From a virus, in IMG/VR virus record IMGVR_UViG_3300024349_000035: DNA of 64,000 bases. One strand, given 5' to 3'. The notes beneath the pieces were generated by a model that saw only the letters and a list, made by a program, of their open reading frames with translations, made no database searches and was not told the DNA's origin. This document shows, piece after piece, positions 6,616 through 16,093 of the stretch. Position 1 is the first letter of the stretch, and every line of letters starts with the position of its first letter. A program made the translations under genes and the position numbers.

Positions 6616-8529
6616 ATGAGGTCTAAATTCGCGAAGCACATTAAGACATTCTTGATTGCATTTATGCTAGTATGTTCTATGCTTGTCAGAACATCAACTA
6701 TGACGGCTCAAACATCCGCAAATTCATATCGGTATGCCTATACTCTTCGTCAGCTGGGATCGATAAATATTAATCTTATTGATCCGGAAAACCTTGGCAA
6801 TCCTCCAACTAGTCTAAGTATTCCCATACCATCAAATTATCTAATTGCAAAAGCTTATGCAAGTCCATCTACTGAGTGGATAGCATTATTGTTTAGTATT
6901 CAGGGGTTCCCTAATACTAATATCAAACTGATAAATACTCACTCTAGCGCAATACGTAGCCTTCCTGAATTTTTTTCATTGTCCGATACATCAGGATCAG
7001 GAGAACCAGAACAAATTTTAGCTTGGTCACCTGATAGTCAATATATAGCTTTTCGAGGGAAGCTTGATGATACGCAAGGACAATCTGATATCTATCTGTA
7101 TTCTCTTGCTTCCGATAGTGTTGTCAACCTAACACATGATGCCGCAACACAGTACCAAATTTCATGGTCAAGGGATAGTCACAGCCTAGCTGTATTCAGC
7201 GAACAGTGTTCAGCTACGTGTCAACCAAACATCGATATTTTCAACATCCCATCTACTAATCGACAATCCTCAGTTAATTTGACTTCTCTTATAAGCCTTG
7301 TGTCTACTATGACAGTTCCCAGTCGAACCACACTTTGCCACTTCGATTGGTCTCCCGACGGGCAGTATATCAGTTTCATAATGGGGTGTGGAATAGACGA
7401 CCTGTATTTCTCAGAAATCTATCTTCTAACTGTTGGCTCTGGCTCGCTGACTGCTTTAACAAGTTTTACAACCTCACCTGCACAGTTGGCGCAGGGGCCT
7501 TCGTCAGAATTCTCCACTATGTATGCTCCTTTTTGGATTAATGCAACTACCCTTTTGCTAGGGGCATACATTCAAGAACACGTCTTGGATCAAGTTCAAA
7601 GAACAGTACAACAAACATCTTCCTACACCCCACCCAACAACACTCCCACTATCCTCAACAATGCAATAAATGAAGAATGGTCAGCTAATCCTGTAACAGG
7701 AGAATTAGCTTTACGATCCTTTAGCCTTGATGCAGCAGAAACAGTTCAAAATGCCTCAGTACAGCTTGCAACACTCAATGGATCAATATTGACTGTATCA
7801 AGAAGTATGCAAGCAGGGTGTTCCTTAAGTTGGACGCCAGATGGGAATATCCTATCATATTACGTTCCTTCTAATTCATATATAAGATGCAAAAGCGCAA
7901 ATTTTGCATCATCGTTGATGTTCTTTAACAAAACAACGGGGCAAGTCACAAGCTACTCTACATTAGGGCAAAATCCGTTAGGGATAGGTTGGGTGTCGAT
8001 TTCGCAGGCTGCTCCCACTAACACACCGACCCCAACACCCACCCACACCAATACGCCCGTTCCAAGCACCTTGAAGATGCAATACTTCGCAATGGCAGAT
8101 GAGCGTGGCACAGTCTGGGAAGCCATTGGCCCTGAACTCAACATCGTGAATACGGGTGCGAGTAGCGTTCCCTTAAATCAGTTAAAAGTCCGCTACTACT
8201 TCACCCGCGAAGGCACATCCACGCTGCGATTCGTGTGCTACTACACCGACTTGCCGGGGGGCTGTGGCTCCATCACCAAGCAATTTGTCACGATCACCCC
8301 TGCCGTCTCCGGTGCAGATACTTATCTTGAGTTGGGCTTTTCCAGTGGTACGCTCGCGGCGAACAGCCAGACCGGGGAGATTTACTTCAATATCCATAAA
8401 GCTGACTGGAGCAACTTCGACCAAAGCAACGACTACTCCTTCAACGGAACGTTCACGGATTATACGGACTGGAACAAGATAACGCTGTATCGTAATGGTA
8501 GCCTCGTGTGGGGTGTTGAGCCGCATTAA
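6616..8529 (+). CDS. secreted PD40 beta-propeller protein with Pro/Thr linker and C-terminal CBM3 cellulose-binding domain
   Basis: WSPDSQYIAF, WSRDSHSLA, WSPDGQYISF, WTPDGNIL repeats; PTNTPTPTPTHTNTP linker; LKVRYYFT...ADTYLELGF...DWSNFDQSNDYSF...ITLYRNGSLVWGVEP is a classic CBM3; start placed at the RBS-preceded ATG 6616. Confidence 0.85.
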   Translation: MRSKFAKHIKTFLIAFMLVCSMLVRTSTMTAQTSANSYRYAYTLRQLGSININLIDPENLGNPPTSLSIPIPSNYLIAKAYASPSTEWIALLFSIQGFPNTNIKLINTHSSAIRSLPEFFSLSDTSGSGEPEQILAWSPDSQYIAFRGKLDDTQGQSDIYLYSLASDSVVNLTHDAATQYQISWSRDSHSLAVFSEQCSATCQPNIDIFNIPSTNRQSSVNLTSLISLVSTMTVPSRTTLCHFDWSPDGQYISFIMGCGIDDLYFSEIYLLTVGSGSLTALTSFTTSPAQLAQGPSSEFSTMYAPFWINATTLLLGAYIQEHVLDQVQRTVQQTSSYTPPNNTPTILNNAINEEWSANPVTGELALRSFSLDAAETVQNASVQLATLNGSILTVSRSMQAGCSLSWTPDGNILSYYVPSNSYIRCKSANFASSLMFFNKTTGQVTSYSTLGQNPLGIGWVSISQAAPTNTPTPTPTHTNTPVPSTLKMQYFAMADERGTVWEAIGPELNIVNTGASSVPLNQLKVRYYFTREGTSTLRFVCYYTDLPGGCGSITKQFVTITPAVSGADTYLELGFSSGTLAANSQTGEIYFNIHKADWSNFDQSNDYSFNGTFTDYTDWNKITLYRNGSLVWGVEPH

Positions 8530-8541
8530 CGAGCCTTTATT

Positions 8542-8566
8542 GGGCTGAGGGCTACTCTCTCAGCCC
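8542..8566 (+). terminator. probable intrinsic terminator
   Basis: GGGCTGAG/CTCAGCCC stem just after the CBM3 gene stop. Confidence 0.5.
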
Positions 8567-8582
8567 GTTTCCGTCAGAGCGC

Positions 8583-9413
8583 GTGATGGCATACGTTGAG
8601 AAAGTGATACGACCCATGAAACGAGTAACAATAACACTAGGTATCACAATAGTTGTGATACTTTGCACCGTATTGGCACTGTCCACGCAAACACCGATCT
8701 ACGCTTCGGTTGCGACCAACCAGCCTACACAGGTGGCCCTCCAAAGCACCGCCAGTCCTGACTTGGCACGGCTCGTGACCGCGCTGTTAATTCCGCCTGC
8801 CCAATGCGTTTCGCCGTGCATCTGGGAGTTTCAGCCGGGGAAACAGACGCTGGCAGACTTCAAGGGTTTGGTACTCTCGGCCTTTGGCAATGCTGCTCAA
8901 GCCTACGCTGCACCGGATCAGGTCGTTACTGGTTTCTACAGCAGCGGGGTCGCCCTCCATACGGCTCCGATTACCAATCCAACCCCTAGCTCGGTAGTCG
9001 CGTATCTCTATGTTCGGGTTGCCCCTGCCGAAGCGCGGGCAGCCGCCGTAAACTTTGATGCACTCGCGCCAGCATCCGTGATTAAAGCGTTTGGAAAACC
9101 CGCCGACGCATTTCTTCTCTTTGACAAGAAGTTGCGGCGTTTCACGCTGTTCTTGTACTATCCCGCGCAAAGTTTGGTCTATGCGGTGCGTAGCGCCTTT
9201 GAGAACGGGAAAGCGTGCCTCACCCTGACAAATGTGGAAACGCTGACCGTCTATCGTTTCAAAGATGCTGCCTCAGCCCAGCAATTCATCAAAGAAGGGA
9301 CTGGCCCTGGCGATACCTTGCCGCCATCCATTTCCACTAACACGCGGCAAACTGTTAACGACTTCACACAAATCGCGCAATCACCGACTACCAAGTGCCT
9401 TAGCCCCAAATGA
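8583..9413 (+). CDS. secreted or membrane-anchored hypothetical protein
   Basis: N-terminal hydrophobic helix; CxxxC (CVSPC) near the N-terminus; true start may be 8616. Confidence 0.65.
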   Translation: MMAYVEKVIRPMKRVTITLGITIVVILCTVLALSTQTPIYASVATNQPTQVALQSTASPDLARLVTALLIPPAQCVSPCIWEFQPGKQTLADFKGLVLSAFGNAAQAYAAPDQVVTGFYSSGVALHTAPITNPTPSSVVAYLYVRVAPAEARAAAVNFDALAPASVIKAFGKPADAFLLFDKKLRRFTLFLYYPAQSLVYAVRSAFENGKACLTLTNVETLTVYRFKDAASAQQFIKEGTGPGDTLPPSISTNTRQTVNDFTQIAQSPTTKCLSPK

Positions 9414-9444
9414 TGGGCGATCATTGCTAGAAGCGTGTGAAAAT

Positions 9445-9464
9445 GAGGAGCATTCTTGCTCCTC
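9445..9464. terminator. hairpin between convergent genes (cargo/phage boundary)
   Basis: GAGGAGCA-TTCT-TGCTCCTC perfect 8-bp stem. Confidence 0.55.
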
Positions 9465-9518
9465 GTTTAATTTGCGAGACATATCACTTGTTCTGTTACC
9501 GTTCCTTCCTGATGTTTC

Positions 9519-9809
9519 CTACGGCAAAATCTCTCGCAGCGTATTCACAACCAGATCGTAGTCGGCCTGCGACTGGAACATCCGGTTCTGCGCCTGCCAG
9601 CCGACATGACGGGCGGCGCGTCCCCGTAGCTCATCGAAGACCCGGCGAAAGTTGTAGCGCTCGTCGTAGCGCGTCGTGACCGCCTGATTGATGATGCTGC
9701 GCATCTCCGGTATGACGGTCATGATCTGCTGCAAACGTCTGTTGTAGCCTAACCGGTTAATCGCCTGCTGGCGGGAACGTTCGCTCTTGGCTTGTGTCTG
9801 TACCTGCAT
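9519..9809 (-). CDS. hypothetical protein
   Basis: 96 aa ORF with GGAGG RBS. Confidence 0.65.
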   Translation of the reverse strand: MQVQTQAKSERSRQQAINRLGYNRRLQQIMTVIPEMRSIINQAVTTRYDERYNFRRVFDELRGRAARHVGWQAQNRMFQSQADYDLVVNTLREILP

Positions 9810-9825
9810 GGATACCTCCTATCTG

Positions 9826-10374
9826 TTATGTGCGGGGTAGAGTAATCCCTACCGAGTCCTGATACTTGCCTGCCCGCTTGTTGTACGGCACGCGGGGTGT
9901 CGCTGCGCCCTGCCAGAAGATCACCTGACAGATGCCCATGTTGGGATGCACACGGATCGGGAAGGGCGTGAGATTGGATAAGCTAACGGTCAGTTGCCCG
10001 CGCCAGCCCGGTTCCAGCACCGCCGTAGTCATGTACAGGCCGATGCGGTTGTAGGTAGACTTGCCGATGCTAATGCCCATGATGTTGTCCGGCATGGTGA
10101 ACGTTTCTACCGTATGCCCCAGGGCAATGCTCTTGGACGGGATGATCCAGTCCTTCGCTTCCACAAAGTCCTCTGGCTGCGGCGGCTCAAGCGGGTCAAG
10201 CACAGCGCCCTTCGGCAGTTTCATGATCTTGAGGTCTTCCCCCAAGCGCGCGTCGTAGCCAACAGCGCTCAGGCCATAAGACACCCCTACCCGAACCTGC
10301 GAAGGCTCGTAAGGCGTGATAAGCTCACTGGATTGCACCAATGAATCGATCAGGTGATCAACATACAGGGTCAT
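9826..10374 (-). CDS. dcd: dCTP deaminase
   Basis: GLSAVGYDARL, GKSTYNRIGL, LEPGWRGQLTV, GICQVIF motifs of the trimeric dUTPase/dCTP deaminase fold. Confidence 0.9.
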   Translation of the reverse strand: MTLYVDHLIDSLVQSSELITPYEPSQVRVGVSYGLSAVGYDARLGEDLKIMKLPKGAVLDPLEPPQPEDFVEAKDWIIPSKSIALGHTVETFTMPDNIMGISIGKSTYNRIGLYMTTAVLEPGWRGQLTVSLSNLTPFPIRVHPNMGICQVIFWQGAATPRVPYNKRAGKYQDSVGITLPRT

Positions 10375-10386
10375 TCCAATTCTCCG

Positions 10387-10788
10387 TTAGATGTCTTCTT
10401 CGTCGTCGTAGCTCATGGCCTTGTAGCGGCCCGCCATTGAAGCCTGAACTGCGTCCAGCTTCACCTTGATGTCATTGTGTAGGTCTTTCGCCGCCTGCTG
10501 GTTGGCAGACGTGAAGGAGCCGCTTTCGATGATCTTCTTGAGGCTCTCGATCTTGCTGGTTAGCTCGGTGAACGCCGTGCGTACCAGGGTGTTCACATCT
10601 TCCATCGGGGGAAGTTCCATACCTTCCTGTTCAGCCAGCGCGCGCACGCCCCAAAAGATTATCTGCTTCTGCGACCAGCCTGCTTTCTTGAACCTGTCAA
10701 CCAGTTCAAGAAACGCCTGCTCATTCGGGTCGGCAGGATCGAACCAAGCCTGAATCTGCTTCTCGCGTAACCTCTTGGAGCGTGCCAT
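10387..10788 (-). CDS. ParR-like partition adaptor (putative)
   Basis: Directly downstream of the actin-like ATPase; N-terminal strand-helix-helix (RHH-like) segment and acidic C-terminal tail. Confidence 0.6.
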   Translation of the reverse strand: MARSKRLREKQIQAWFDPADPNEQAFLELVDRFKKAGWSQKQIIFWGVRALAEQEGMELPPMEDVNTLVRTAFTELTSKIESLKKIIESGSFTSANQQAAKDLHNDIKVKLDAVQASMAGRYKAMSYDDEEDI

Positions 10789-10789
10789 G

Positions 10790-11950
10790 CTACTTCCCCT
10801 GACTGGCTAAAAAAGGGATAAGCCCCTTGCTTGCGCCGCGTACTGCGCTGAACCGAATCTTGGTCATGTCGATCTCGGTAGGCGATACATACGGGTGTTC
10901 CAGCACGCGCTCCTTGAGGAACTCAAAGGAAGATGCGGCACCACCGCCACCGACCACGATCAGGCTGTAGGGCAGACCATCGGCGTACCGGTTATGATAC
11001 GCATCGGCAATCGGCGCAACGATGGCCTGCATTGCGTTGGCGACCTGCGGCTTGCAGTCCTTCTCCTCGCCCTTGATCACGATCTTGCCGGATACCAGCG
11101 CATCGTGCATCAGCCGGATCGGGATGCGGGTCGTCGTGGCGAGTTCCTTGAAGCCCGCCTTTAGCTCTTCCTCAAAGATGTCGATGACGTTCTGGATGCC
11201 CTTGTGGATCGGCGGCGCGTCAGACAAGTTGATGTCGATGTTGCCGTAGTCGTCAATGGCGCACGGCACGAACGCAGACAACCCGCCGCCGATGTCCAGC
11301 ACCAGCACTTCATCGCCGGGTTGAAGCTGCTTCCCGGTGTTCGCATACGTTTCGCCCTTCGTGTTGAACAGGAACGTTTGCAGCGCGGCAACCGGCTCTT
11401 CCAGCGGGACGATCTCGGTGACGTTGTACTCGATGTTGCGCCCGTCTGCGGTCTTGATCTTGTGTACACCCTTGAGCGACTTCCACATGCGGCGGCGGTT
11501 CGCTTCGTCCAGGCGGGGCGGGTGCAGCGCGACCACATGCACGTCAGGATGGCTCTGCGGGTAGAGTTGCAGGAGCGCCGCTACCAGCATTGCGCCGTAG
11601 TGGTTGCGCTCGTACTTACCCGGCCCGACAATGCGCTGGCCTGAGCCGACCTGCGTGGCGTGCTTGCCGACCACATACCCGCCCTGCCCATCGTACTTGA
11701 AGATCGCTGTCCCCCGGTGATCAGACGGACGGTTGGAGTATGCCGCCGCGACGTTGGCGTACTCGCTGCTGGTCATCTGCCTGACCATGTGGGGGAAGAC
11801 GATTTCCTCACCGAAGCGTCTGTGGATCATGGCCTTGATGTCGGTGTTTCCACCGTCAAACAAGAACCACAACGGTTCTTTGTCACTGACCTGCGCGTAC
11901 TTGGAACCCGTCAGGTCGTGACCCGTATCCCATACCTTTACCTCTGTCAT
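10790..11950 (-). CDS. ParM/StbA-family actin-like ATPase
   Basis: Phosphate-1 FDGGNTDIK, connect LEEPVAA, phosphate-2 VLDIGGG, adenosine VVGGGGA. Confidence 0.85.
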   Translation of the reverse strand: MTEVKVWDTGHDLTGSKYAQVSDKEPLWFLFDGGNTDIKAMIHRRFGEEIVFPHMVRQMTSSEYANVAAAYSNRPSDHRGTAIFKYDGQGGYVVGKHATQVGSGQRIVGPGKYERNHYGAMLVAALLQLYPQSHPDVHVVALHPPRLDEANRRRMWKSLKGVHKIKTADGRNIEYNVTEIVPLEEPVAALQTFLFNTKGETYANTGKQLQPGDEVLVLDIGGGLSAFVPCAIDDYGNIDINLSDAPPIHKGIQNVIDIFEEELKAGFKELATTTRIPIRLMHDALVSGKIVIKGEEKDCKPQVANAMQAIVAPIADAYHNRYADGLPYSLIVVGGGGAASSFEFLKERVLEHPYVSPTEIDMTKIRFSAVRGASKGLIPFLASQGK

Positions 11951-11966
11951 GTGTTACCTCCATATT

Positions 11967-12010
11967 GCGGTATACCGTGTGTATACCGCCGTATACCGTG
12001 TGTATACCGC
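11967..12010. repeat. parC-like iterated GTATAC boxes
   Basis: GTATAC at 11970, 11981, 11991 and 12002 (11/10/11 spacing); 21-bp unit duplicated; outer GCGGTATAC/GTATACCGC inverted; sits between the upstream stop and the ParM RBS. Confidence 0.7.
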
Positions 12011-12014
12011 GAAG

Positions 12015-12269
12015 TCAACTGCGCTGGTCGTCGTCCATAAACGACCAGAAATCGTACAGGTTATGCTCTTCCAGCCGTTCGTGTTCGGCTTTCAGAATGG
12101 CTTGCTCAACGTCCATCACTTCCTGTGGAAGCGCCATGACCTTGCGTGTGTTGGTCGGCGCTGGCGTGCGCGTCACGCTGATCCGGTGGATCACGATCAC
12201 ACATATCCAGAACAGGAACGTGCTGGTCAGAAATGCCGTGAGCATGAGTTTGAGTGTTTCGAGTGTCAT
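12015..12269 (-). CDS. small membrane protein
   Basis: N-terminal TM helix; overlaps the upstream stop. Confidence 0.6.
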   Translation of the reverse strand: MTLETLKLMLTAFLTSTFLFWICVIVIHRISVTRTPAPTNTRKVMALPQEVMDVEQAILKAEHERLEEHNLYDFWSFMDDDQRS

Positions 12270-12502
12270 ACAACCTCCCCGCTGTCTATAGCCGACAGTT
12301 CTTCATCTTCGCATCTGCGTATCTCCCGCTGCACCAATCTGAGGGTTTTATTGAGTTCACGCTGCTTGAGTTGGTAGAGGATCATCTGATAGTGCCGATG
12401 TTCCCGCTCCGTCAGCAGCCCGTCTTTAGCTTCCAGATGATCCAGAATGGCGTGTAGCTCTGTCTCTGGTCGCCAGTTGTACGTATAGATCGGTCTGAGC
12501 AT
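12266..12502 (-). CDS. hypothetical protein
   Basis: Tightly packed ORF in operon. Confidence 0.6.
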   Translation of the reverse strand: MLRPIYTYNWRPETELHAILDHLEAKDGLLTEREHRHYQMILYQLKQRELNKTLRLVQREIRRCEDEELSAIDSGEVV

Positions 12503-12504
12503 GG

Positions 12505-12771
12505 CTACTTCTGCGCCATGAGATAGCTGACCGTTGTGATCGCCGTGCCAGATTTCAGCGCTTCCCGGCCCGTCGCGTTGATGACGTAGATGCCCGGTGC
12601 ATCACCCGCCTTCACGTAATCGACCAGACTCAGCTTCCGCAGGATACGTGCGTCAGTGGTCACATCCAGATCAAACAGCGTGAGCATGTGATTTGCTTCG
12701 ACCAGATATGCGCCCTCTTCCAGCTTGGTCAGGATGACGATCTGGTTATACGAAAGAACGATCCGATCCAC
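12505..12771 (-). CDS. hypothetical protein, winged-helix-like
   Basis: LRKLSLVDYV...YVINATGREAL resembles a wHTH wing pattern. Confidence 0.55.
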   Translation of the reverse strand: MDRIVLSYNQIVILTKLEEGAYLVEANHMLTLFDLDVTTDARILRKLSLVDYVKAGDAPGIYVINATGREALKSGTAITTVSYLMAQK

Positions 12772-12773
12772 AG

Positions 12774-13061
12774 CTACCTCTTCTTCGGCAATGCCGGTGG
12801 CTTCTTACGATAATGTTCCAGTATCGTGTGACCCAGTGGGGTCATCACGAACCATTGGGCGCGACCCTGCTCCGACTTGCGGATCGCGCCGACCAGATAC
12901 AGGGCGCGGAGAGCCGAGTCCCGGCTCTCACGCGAATTGGATAGAGCGTTTCCCAGTGCGCGTACTGCCTTGCCGCTTGCCGCATGATTGGTCTGCTCTG
13001 CCATGTGTTCAAGGATGCGGTGGGCGATATAGGCCGTGACTGCGCTGGTAACACGTGCCAT
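12774..13061 (-). CDS. winged-helix DNA-binding protein (putative)
   Basis: ALRALYLVGAIRK...WFVMTPLGHTIL wHTH pattern. Confidence 0.6.
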   Translation of the reverse strand: MARVTSAVTAYIAHRILEHMAEQTNHAASGKAVRALGNALSNSRESRDSALRALYLVGAIRKSEQGRAQWFVMTPLGHTILEHYRKKPPALPKKR

Positions 13062-13063
13062 GT

Positions 13064-14215
13064 TTATTCCTCAGTCTCTTCCATCGGTAACGGCTCTTCT
13101 TCTTCGTCGTAGGCGAACGCATCCACGCCCAATGATTCCATGATGCGGGCTTCCAGATAGGCCACAATTTCCGGCGCGTCGATCATCATGTCCCGCAGGG
13201 GTTGTGTGCCGACAATCTTGACCTCTTCCCCGTCATAGCCGAACCACTTGTACGTAGACCCGGCACGGATCACGATCTTGGCGGTCTGACCGATTTGCAG
13301 GATTTCGCTGGCCCGGTCAATACCGATGTTGTGGTCGTACCGGAGCGGGTAAGAACCCGTCAGACCAGGCAAGAAGCTGTTCTTGCTCTTCTCGATGATC
13401 CACTGAATCTGATTGCCGACCTTCTGCTTGCTGACGGTCAACTGCTTGTACGGCTTGAGGAAGATACGCAGCTTCGCCTCATGCGCCAGCGCGTACCCGC
13501 CGCTTGGCTTCTGCAAGACGTACCGCCCGCCGATGTTCGCCCGCACCTGCTGGATGAACACCAGCCCCGATTGCGTCCAGCGGAGCATCGGGACAATCCC
13601 GGTCTTGAGCCAGCGGGTCGTGATGGTGGACGCACTGGCAATCTTCCGGTCTGTCACATCAGCCTTGAGTTCATCCTTCGTGGGTAGGCGATCCAGACTG
13701 TCGATGATGATCAGCGCGTGTTGCCCGGTCTTCTTCATCTCAGCCAGATAGTTCGTGATGATGGCAATCGTGTCATCGTAGGTCAGGATGTCATCGACAC
13801 TGGCAATCACGTCTACCCGATCCACGTCCAGCCCGTTGCGCTCCGCAATATGCCGGATCAGGCTTTCTTCCGCGTCAATCCACAGCACCCGGTAGCCCTG
13901 ATCCAGCGCGTTCGCGGCGAGGCGCATACACAGGGTCGTCTTGCCGGACATTTCTTCGCCCCAAATGCGCGTGACAACACCCATCGGCAAGCCGCCCTGC
14001 ATGGCTACGTCGAGCGAGAAACTCCCGGTGGAGATGCGCTTCGTCACCTGCTTGAGTTCACCGCTGGAGATGAACCGCCCGTACAATTTGCGCCAGTCAC
14101 CCTTCTTGCCGGACTGCTTGGGCTTGGGCGCGTCCAGTTCATCGAACGCACTGTCTGCCGTGTCCTCCATCTGTTCCAGCATATCGGCTATGCTGTCAGC
14201 CGTGATGTCAGTCAT
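13064..14215 (-). CDS. recA: RecA-like recombinase
   Basis: ISTGSFSLDVAMQGGLPMG, Walker A GEEMSGKTT, WIDAEES, IIIDSL, FIQQVR, SGGYALAH; start MTDITADS at 14215. Confidence 0.92.
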   Translation of the reverse strand: MTDITADSIADMLEQMEDTADSAFDELDAPKPKQSGKKGDWRKLYGRFISSGELKQVTKRISTGSFSLDVAMQGGLPMGVVTRIWGEEMSGKTTLCMRLAANALDQGYRVLWIDAEESLIRHIAERNGLDVDRVDVIASVDDILTYDDTIAIITNYLAEMKKTGQHALIIIDSLDRLPTKDELKADVTDRKIASASTITTRWLKTGIVPMLRWTQSGLVFIQQVRANIGGRYVLQKPSGGYALAHEAKLRIFLKPYKQLTVSKQKVGNQIQWIIEKSKNSFLPGLTGSYPLRYDHNIGIDRASEILQIGQTAKIVIRAGSTYKWFGYDGEEVKIVGTQPLRDMMIDAPEIVAYLEARIMESLGVDAFAYDEEEEPLPMEETEE

Positions 14216-14903
14216 GCGCCCTCTCTTTCTTGAGTATGTGACGGTCAAACGCCTCCGCAGTCCAGGGCAACAGTTCGCAGAAGTCAACGTACAGCGCCCT
14301 TGCGTACTGCTGGATTTCCCATTGCGCGTGTGAGTCCAACCGCTGCTTGAGGAAGAACATCAGGTTACGCAGGTTGGTCTTGGCGATAACGGTTGTGTAC
14401 AAGCCGAACGCGGGCAAGAACAGCCGTGCCTCTTCCCGCGCCACACCCATCCTGAGCGCCTCTTTGTAATACTGCACGCCCATGTAGTACATGGTCTGCA
14501 AGCGCTCATCCAGATACCGCTGATCCAGCGCGTTTAAGACTTCACCGGAGCTACCCTGCTTGTTGCTGGTAGATTGGATGCGCCACACCTCCGGCATGTA
14601 GAACTCATCTTCCTGCGCTTCCGTGTATCTGAAACTCTGTTCATTAAAATCCCAATCGTGCCGCATCCACTGACGGGCTACCATGATCGGCAGCTTGACG
14701 CGCCACTTGAACTCGACCATCTGGAAGGGCGACCAGTGTTCGTTGCGCATCAGGTAGCCGATAAGGTTCTTGTCCTTCTCCGCGCCCTTCGTGTCCCCCA
14801 GGAACGACGATCTGGCGGCGTTGACTACCGCCAGATCGTCCCCCATCACACTTTGCAGGGATACAAATCCCTTGTCCAGTACCGTATGCTGATCGATGAT
14901 CAT
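14208..14903 (-). CDS. thyX: FAD-dependent thymidylate synthase
   Basis: VVNAARSS, EHWSPFQM, ARQWMRH...NEQSFRY, NLRNLMFFLKQR, HAQWEIQ. Confidence 0.92.
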   Translation of the reverse strand: MIIDQHTVLDKGFVSLQSVMGDDLAVVNAARSSFLGDTKGAEKDKNLIGYLMRNEHWSPFQMVEFKWRVKLPIMVARQWMRHDWDFNEQSFRYTEAQEDEFYMPEVWRIQSTSNKQGSSGEVLNALDQRYLDERLQTMYYMGVQYYKEALRMGVAREEARLFLPAFGLYTTVIAKTNLRNLMFFLKQRLDSHAQWEIQQYARALYVDFCELLPWTAEAFDRHILKKERAHD

Positions 14904-15661
14904 TAGCCTGCCTTCTTCGCCAAATCCCGCTGTGCCTGAATGTGTGTGTAGCGCCCGGTGTAGATGTGGTTCATGCCGCCGAGCCGTGCGTACACCTGCT
15001 TGAGCGCCGCGCTGATTGCCCCACGAATGGCGTAGGACATTTCACCGAGGTTGTCGCTCATGTCGCAGACGGTGATGCCGGGGTTCCATGTGATCTCGTT
15101 GGTGTGCTGATCGACAATCGCGTACCGGAAAGTGTAGTTTTCCAGCACGCAGACCTGCCACGTCTGCACGTCACCCTTGCTGTTCTTGCGTTCTTCGGTG
15201 TAGGTCTTGATGCCGCCGTTGGTTTCTGCCGCGAACGACCAGCCAATGCCGCACGCGCCGAACACCGCGTCAAAGCGATCCCGCACCGCACGAGGGTCAA
15301 CGTCCGTCTTGCCCTGCATCACGCCGAACTTGATGGGGTCATACGCATCGGCGGGAAGCCGTGCATCCAGCGCGTGCGTGATGTCGCTGATCGGGATGCC
15401 CACCAGCGTCGTGTAGCGGTTGCCGACAACCTGCGCCGTGCGCAACCGCAGTTCCAGACGACCCCCAATCATGTCCACGATCTGCTGAGGCGGGATGCCA
15501 CGCGCCTCAGCTTCCGCCAGCGTCAGGCCCGTCATGGCTTCGATGTCGCTGTTGGTCGGGTAACGGTAGATGGTGGTCTGGAACAGTTCCACGATCTTCG
15601 CCCGCGCTTCGTTGTAGTTGGTCAGTCCCTGCTCTACCTTCTCGATCACCGTTTCGCTCAT
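14903..15661 (-). CDS. Rad52/Sak-like single-strand annealing protein
   Basis: VRDRFDAVFGACGIGWSF and GAISAALKQVYARLG pattern of the Rad52/Rad22 family; sits in the recombination module. Confidence 0.7.
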   Translation of the reverse strand: MSETVIEKVEQGLTNYNEARAKIVELFQTTIYRYPTNSDIEAMTGLTLAEAEARGIPPQQIVDMIGGRLELRLRTAQVVGNRYTTLVGIPISDITHALDARLPADAYDPIKFGVMQGKTDVDPRAVRDRFDAVFGACGIGWSFAAETNGGIKTYTEERKNSKGDVQTWQVCVLENYTFRYAIVDQHTNEITWNPGITVCDMSDNLGEMSYAIRGAISAALKQVYARLGGMNHIYTGRYTHIQAQRDLAKKAG

Positions 15662-15688
15662 GTATACCTCCTGATAGCTTATCTCAGC

Positions 15689-16093
15689 TTACTTACGTGA
15701 ATAGAACTCTTCCAGCTTGTATTCCTGCAACACTTCTTCGATGTAATCCACGCGCTGTGTACCTGTGCGCCGGATAAACAGCAGGTACGCCGCCAGGACA
15801 TTGTTGATCCCGTACTGCTTGATCTTGCGGTGCATCAGCTTGTGCCGCGCCCAGTGGCTTTCACCATGCCGGATGTTGCACTCGTTACACAAGAGCGCCC
15901 GTAGCTGCCGGGGGACTTCTTCCTGATGCTCCCGCGCCACCCGCGCCTTGTTAATGATTTCGTGCAGGTTGGTGGCGGGCGCTTCACCACAGAGTTCACA
16001 CACCGGGTTCAGCGGGTCGTCCTGCGTTTCCAGCGCGATCTCCTGATACATCTGCCGCCGCGCAATCGTGTCATCCCCCATCGGCCTACGCAT
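15689..16093 (-). CDS. Zn-binding HNH-like / NinG-like protein
   Basis: CELC...LHEI...LCNECNIRH. Confidence 0.6.
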   Translation of the reverse strand: MRRPMGDDTIARRQMYQEIALETQDDPLNPVCELCGEAPATNLHEIINKARVAREHQEEVPRQLRALLCNECNIRHGESHWARHKLMHRKIKQYGINNVLAAYLLFIRRTGTQRVDYIEEVLQEYKLEEFYSRK

